Assembly (NCBI RefSeq): GCF_009914755.1
Contig: NC_060934.1
Length of the DNA stretch: 64,000 bases
Source: the human T2T-CHM13v2.0 reference genome, Homo sapiens
Direction: 5' to 3' (one strand)
Positions within the stretch are counted from its first letter, which is position 1. The number at the start of each line of letters is the position of its first letter. The notes beneath the pieces were generated by a model that made no database searches, was not told the DNA's origin, and was given only the letters and a program-made list of their open reading frames with translations. Both the position numbers and the translations under genes were made by a program. Positions 57,977-64,000 of the stretch are shown piece after piece.

Positions 57977-58250
57977 TGAGACACGGTCTCACTCTGTCAC
58001 CCAGGCTGGAGCGCAATGGTGTGATCATGGCTCACTGCGGTCTCTACTTCCTAAACTCAAGCAATCCTCTCACTTCAGCAGCCTTGTGTAGCTGAGACCA
58101 CAGGTGTGAACTATGCCTGGATTTTTTTTTTTTTTTTTTTTTTTTGTAGAGGCAGGGTCTCACCATGTTGCCCAGGCTGGTCTCAAACTCTTGGGCTAGA
58201 GCAATCCTCCCACCTTAGCCTCCCAAATGCTGTGACTACAGGCATGAGAC
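57915..58250 (-). mobile_element. Alu (J-like) with (TTA)n tail
   Basis: Reverse Alu; TSD ACTTTGACCTTTTT. Confidence 0.92.
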
Positions 58251-59169
58251 TTTGACCTTTTTAAATACTCTAATATGTTTAGTTCATTATAAGGAGAGTT
58301 AAGCAAATGTTTATAACAGAAGGCTTACCACTGATTCATTCCACTACTCAATAATCAAAATCAGCTGACAGACTTTAGTAGTACATACTTACTCAATAGA
58401 ATATTTTACTTCTGCTTGAATTAACATCTAGACCCCTAATTCTTTGGAGTAGTTTTGTCCCCACATAAGCAGATCCAAGAACTTCCTTAATTCAATACTA
58501 GTTATATTAAACCTTATCAGCCCTGTCACCAAATTTTCTAATACTTCTAGTCCTTTTCATTATCTAGAGATATTGACATGCTGATGACTCTTGGGAAGTA
58601 TATTTAATTTTGATCAGACACTTAAATTTTAAATTCTTCTTTTGATTTTCTGAAGCCTGGACCACACAATAAAATAGTATTTCCTGTGCTGAAATACTTA
58701 AAAATAGTCTTTTCCCCTTTCAAGTAGAAATGAAAATAACGTGCAAGCCTAGGTCAGGGATTCTCACCCCTGGCTGCACATTAAAATCATCTGAGGAGCT
58801 TTTTAATAATTTATTTGGAGTAGGGCCTGAGAATATTCCAGATCCCTCACTACACAATTCTATTTGGTTTCTAATTTCAGAGAGCAAATTTAGATGACAA
58901 AGGATACCACATTATTTAATCTATTTGATTCCTAGGTTTCAGGTAATGAGGAGAAATAGGTCAGATTCTAAGGGATATCTCAAAAAAATTATTGGAATCT
59001 ATTCTACACCTAATTTAGAAAGTGAAAGTTCAGATAGAGAGGGACCATCCCCTAAGGGGGAAAATTATGCAAGTAAATACCATACATCCTACTAGCTTTA
59101 ACAGATTCTCAAACTGATCATTCTTTCATTCAATAAATATTTTCACTTTATACCATCTGATTAGGAAAT

Positions 59170-59730
59170 TTGAAATACTGAATAACGCTAATTGTGAATG
59201 TAGAAAAATGGGAAACTTCTTGCATGCTGATGGAAGTATAAAGTAATTGGGCCACTCTGGAGACTGATCTGGCAATACTTAGTGAAATTAAATATGTATA
59301 TTCCCTAAGAGCCAGTAATCCCACTGCTGGGCATAAACTCCAGTAGTAAAATTTGCAAAAAGGCCATTAAAACATTTGAATGAAGATGGTCAGTAAAGCG
59401 CTGAGTTTAATAGTGAGGAATTGGAGACACCTAGATGTCCATCATAAAGGAAATAGATAGGTAAAATGAGGACAACTGTTAGAAGCAATGAACTAAATGT
59501 ACACACATACATATGTACATAAAATAGGTTTTAAATACAATGATAGGTGAGAAACACGCAAAACCAGAATGATACCTATAGCAAAATGTTAGTGCAAATT
59601 AAACACATATGTTAAACAATATATTTTACAAGGATACAAAAACATCAAAGGACATACATCAAATGCATTAGAGTTGATGCCTATAAGATAGTTGTTGAAA
59701 GAAAAAGAAAATAAAACAAAAAGACTTTTC
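59170..59730 (+). mobile_element. L1ME-like 3' fragment
   Basis: GCTGATGGAAGTATAAA..CCACTCTGGAGA..CAGTAATCCCACTGCTGGG. Confidence 0.65.
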
Positions 59731-59999
59731 ATGGACCAATGTTCGTAAACAGTCTCTTACATTCAAGGCAATACTTAACCAATTATGGGGGGGAAAATAC
59801 AAGAAATATTTATTGAGGTCTGACAATGGACCGGGTATTGTGTCCTCCTGCCACCTTGAGATCCAAAGAGGAATAAGAATATCCTTGCCCTTGGAAACCT
59901 CACAGTGTACCTGGAAGAATGAACAGGCTAACAAATCCATTTGATAAGTGCTATAATAAAAATGTGGTGAAAGGTGCTGTGGAGCACAATAAGGGATTA

Positions 60000-60311
<312 letters not shown>

Positions 60312-60470
60312 TCAATTTGTATATATAGAAGCCTATTACTTGATACATATGTAATTTTGCATCACAATAATTACTAAAATATTTCATACTGTTTTTCTTT
60401 TTATGTGTCCAGTTTTGCCTAGCTTCTACTTTAGTAATAGCTAAGGGTTGCCTGCTGTAGAAATGCTAGA

Positions 60471-60484
60471 GTGCCATCTGCTGG
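60471..60484 (-). promoter_or_regulatory. Candidate CTCF site
   Basis: Minus strand reads CCAGCAGATGGCAC, matching the CTCF core CCASYAGRKGGCRS, in non-repeat sequence. Confidence 0.6.
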
Positions 60485-61250
60485 TGGAAATGTTTGAAAT
60501 TCCCCCAACTACCTCACAATCTGTTCTCAAAAAAAAAAATAATCATACCCATAATCGTATATTTGGGCTTGAAGAAATCTTAGAAATCATATAGTTCAGG
60601 ACCCTAGTTTTAGAGAGTAGGAAGTATCTTTCTTACAAGATTTCATGTCATTTAAGAAAATCAAGAACACACAAGCATACACACATACCCTTCCATCGCC
60701 ACTGTAAATGTCACAGAATGCTATACAGTTAAGACTCACAAAGATAAACTATCTTAATTTCCCCAATTAGATAAACATATAATCTCCTTTAAAGACTTCC
60801 ATAAGACATTTTTAAACCTTTTGGTAAAGATCACTTCCCAGGAAAACAATCTTAGTAAGGCAGTTTACTGCAACATGAAAAGAATTAGTTCTGCTGTCAA
60901 ACCTAAGTTCATTCCAGCTTTACTATGTATTTTTAAAAGTAAGGAAGTTCTGAACATGGAAATGAAAACATGATACCCGCTACCGCAAAAACACACTTAA
61001 GTATATAACCCATAGATCCTATAAAGCAACCACACAATAGAAACTACAAAGCAACTAGCTAACAATGTCATGATAGGATCAACACCTCACATATCAATAT
61101 TAACCTTGAATATAAATGGTCTAAATGCCCCACTTAAAAGACACAGAGTGGTGATTTGATTTTTTTAAAAAATGAGACCAATCCATCTGCTTTCTTCAAG
61201 ACACACATCTCACACATAATGACACCCATAGGCTTAAAGTAAAGAGTTGG

Positions 61251-63928
<2,678 letters not shown>

Positions 63929-64000
63929 TAGACCTACAAAAAGATTTAGCAGCACAATAATAGTGAGGGACTTCAACACCACCCTGTCACTATTAGATCA

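Overview
Human (primate) genomic DNA containing the 5' end of HPSE2 (heparanase-2) on the minus strand: coding exon 1 (49352-49063), exon 2 (46050-45893), a ~3 kb CpG-rich intron 1, the promoter CpG island, ~46 kb of intron 2 (exon 3 not found in the window) and ~14 kb of upstream sequence. The rest is mostly retrotransposon and DNA-transposon debris: two near-full-length old L1s, nested L1/Tigger/MER44/Alu stacks, more than 20 Alus, MIR/L2/CR1 fragments and a two-LTR MSTA-type MaLR element. Repeat subfamily calls come from recalled consensus sequences and repeat boundaries are approximate. I cannot demonstrate a new biological system from sequence alone. The best leads are (i) two long near-perfect hairpins 1 kb apart in intron 2, one of which buries a consensus 5' splice site of a possible poison exon; (ii) several template-switch or templated-insertion scars, including a 20-bp segment apparently copied from an Alu junction 1.4 kb away; and (iii) a GC-box plus TATA promoter and splice signals on the plus strand that suggest a spliced antisense transcript across HPSE2 exon 1.
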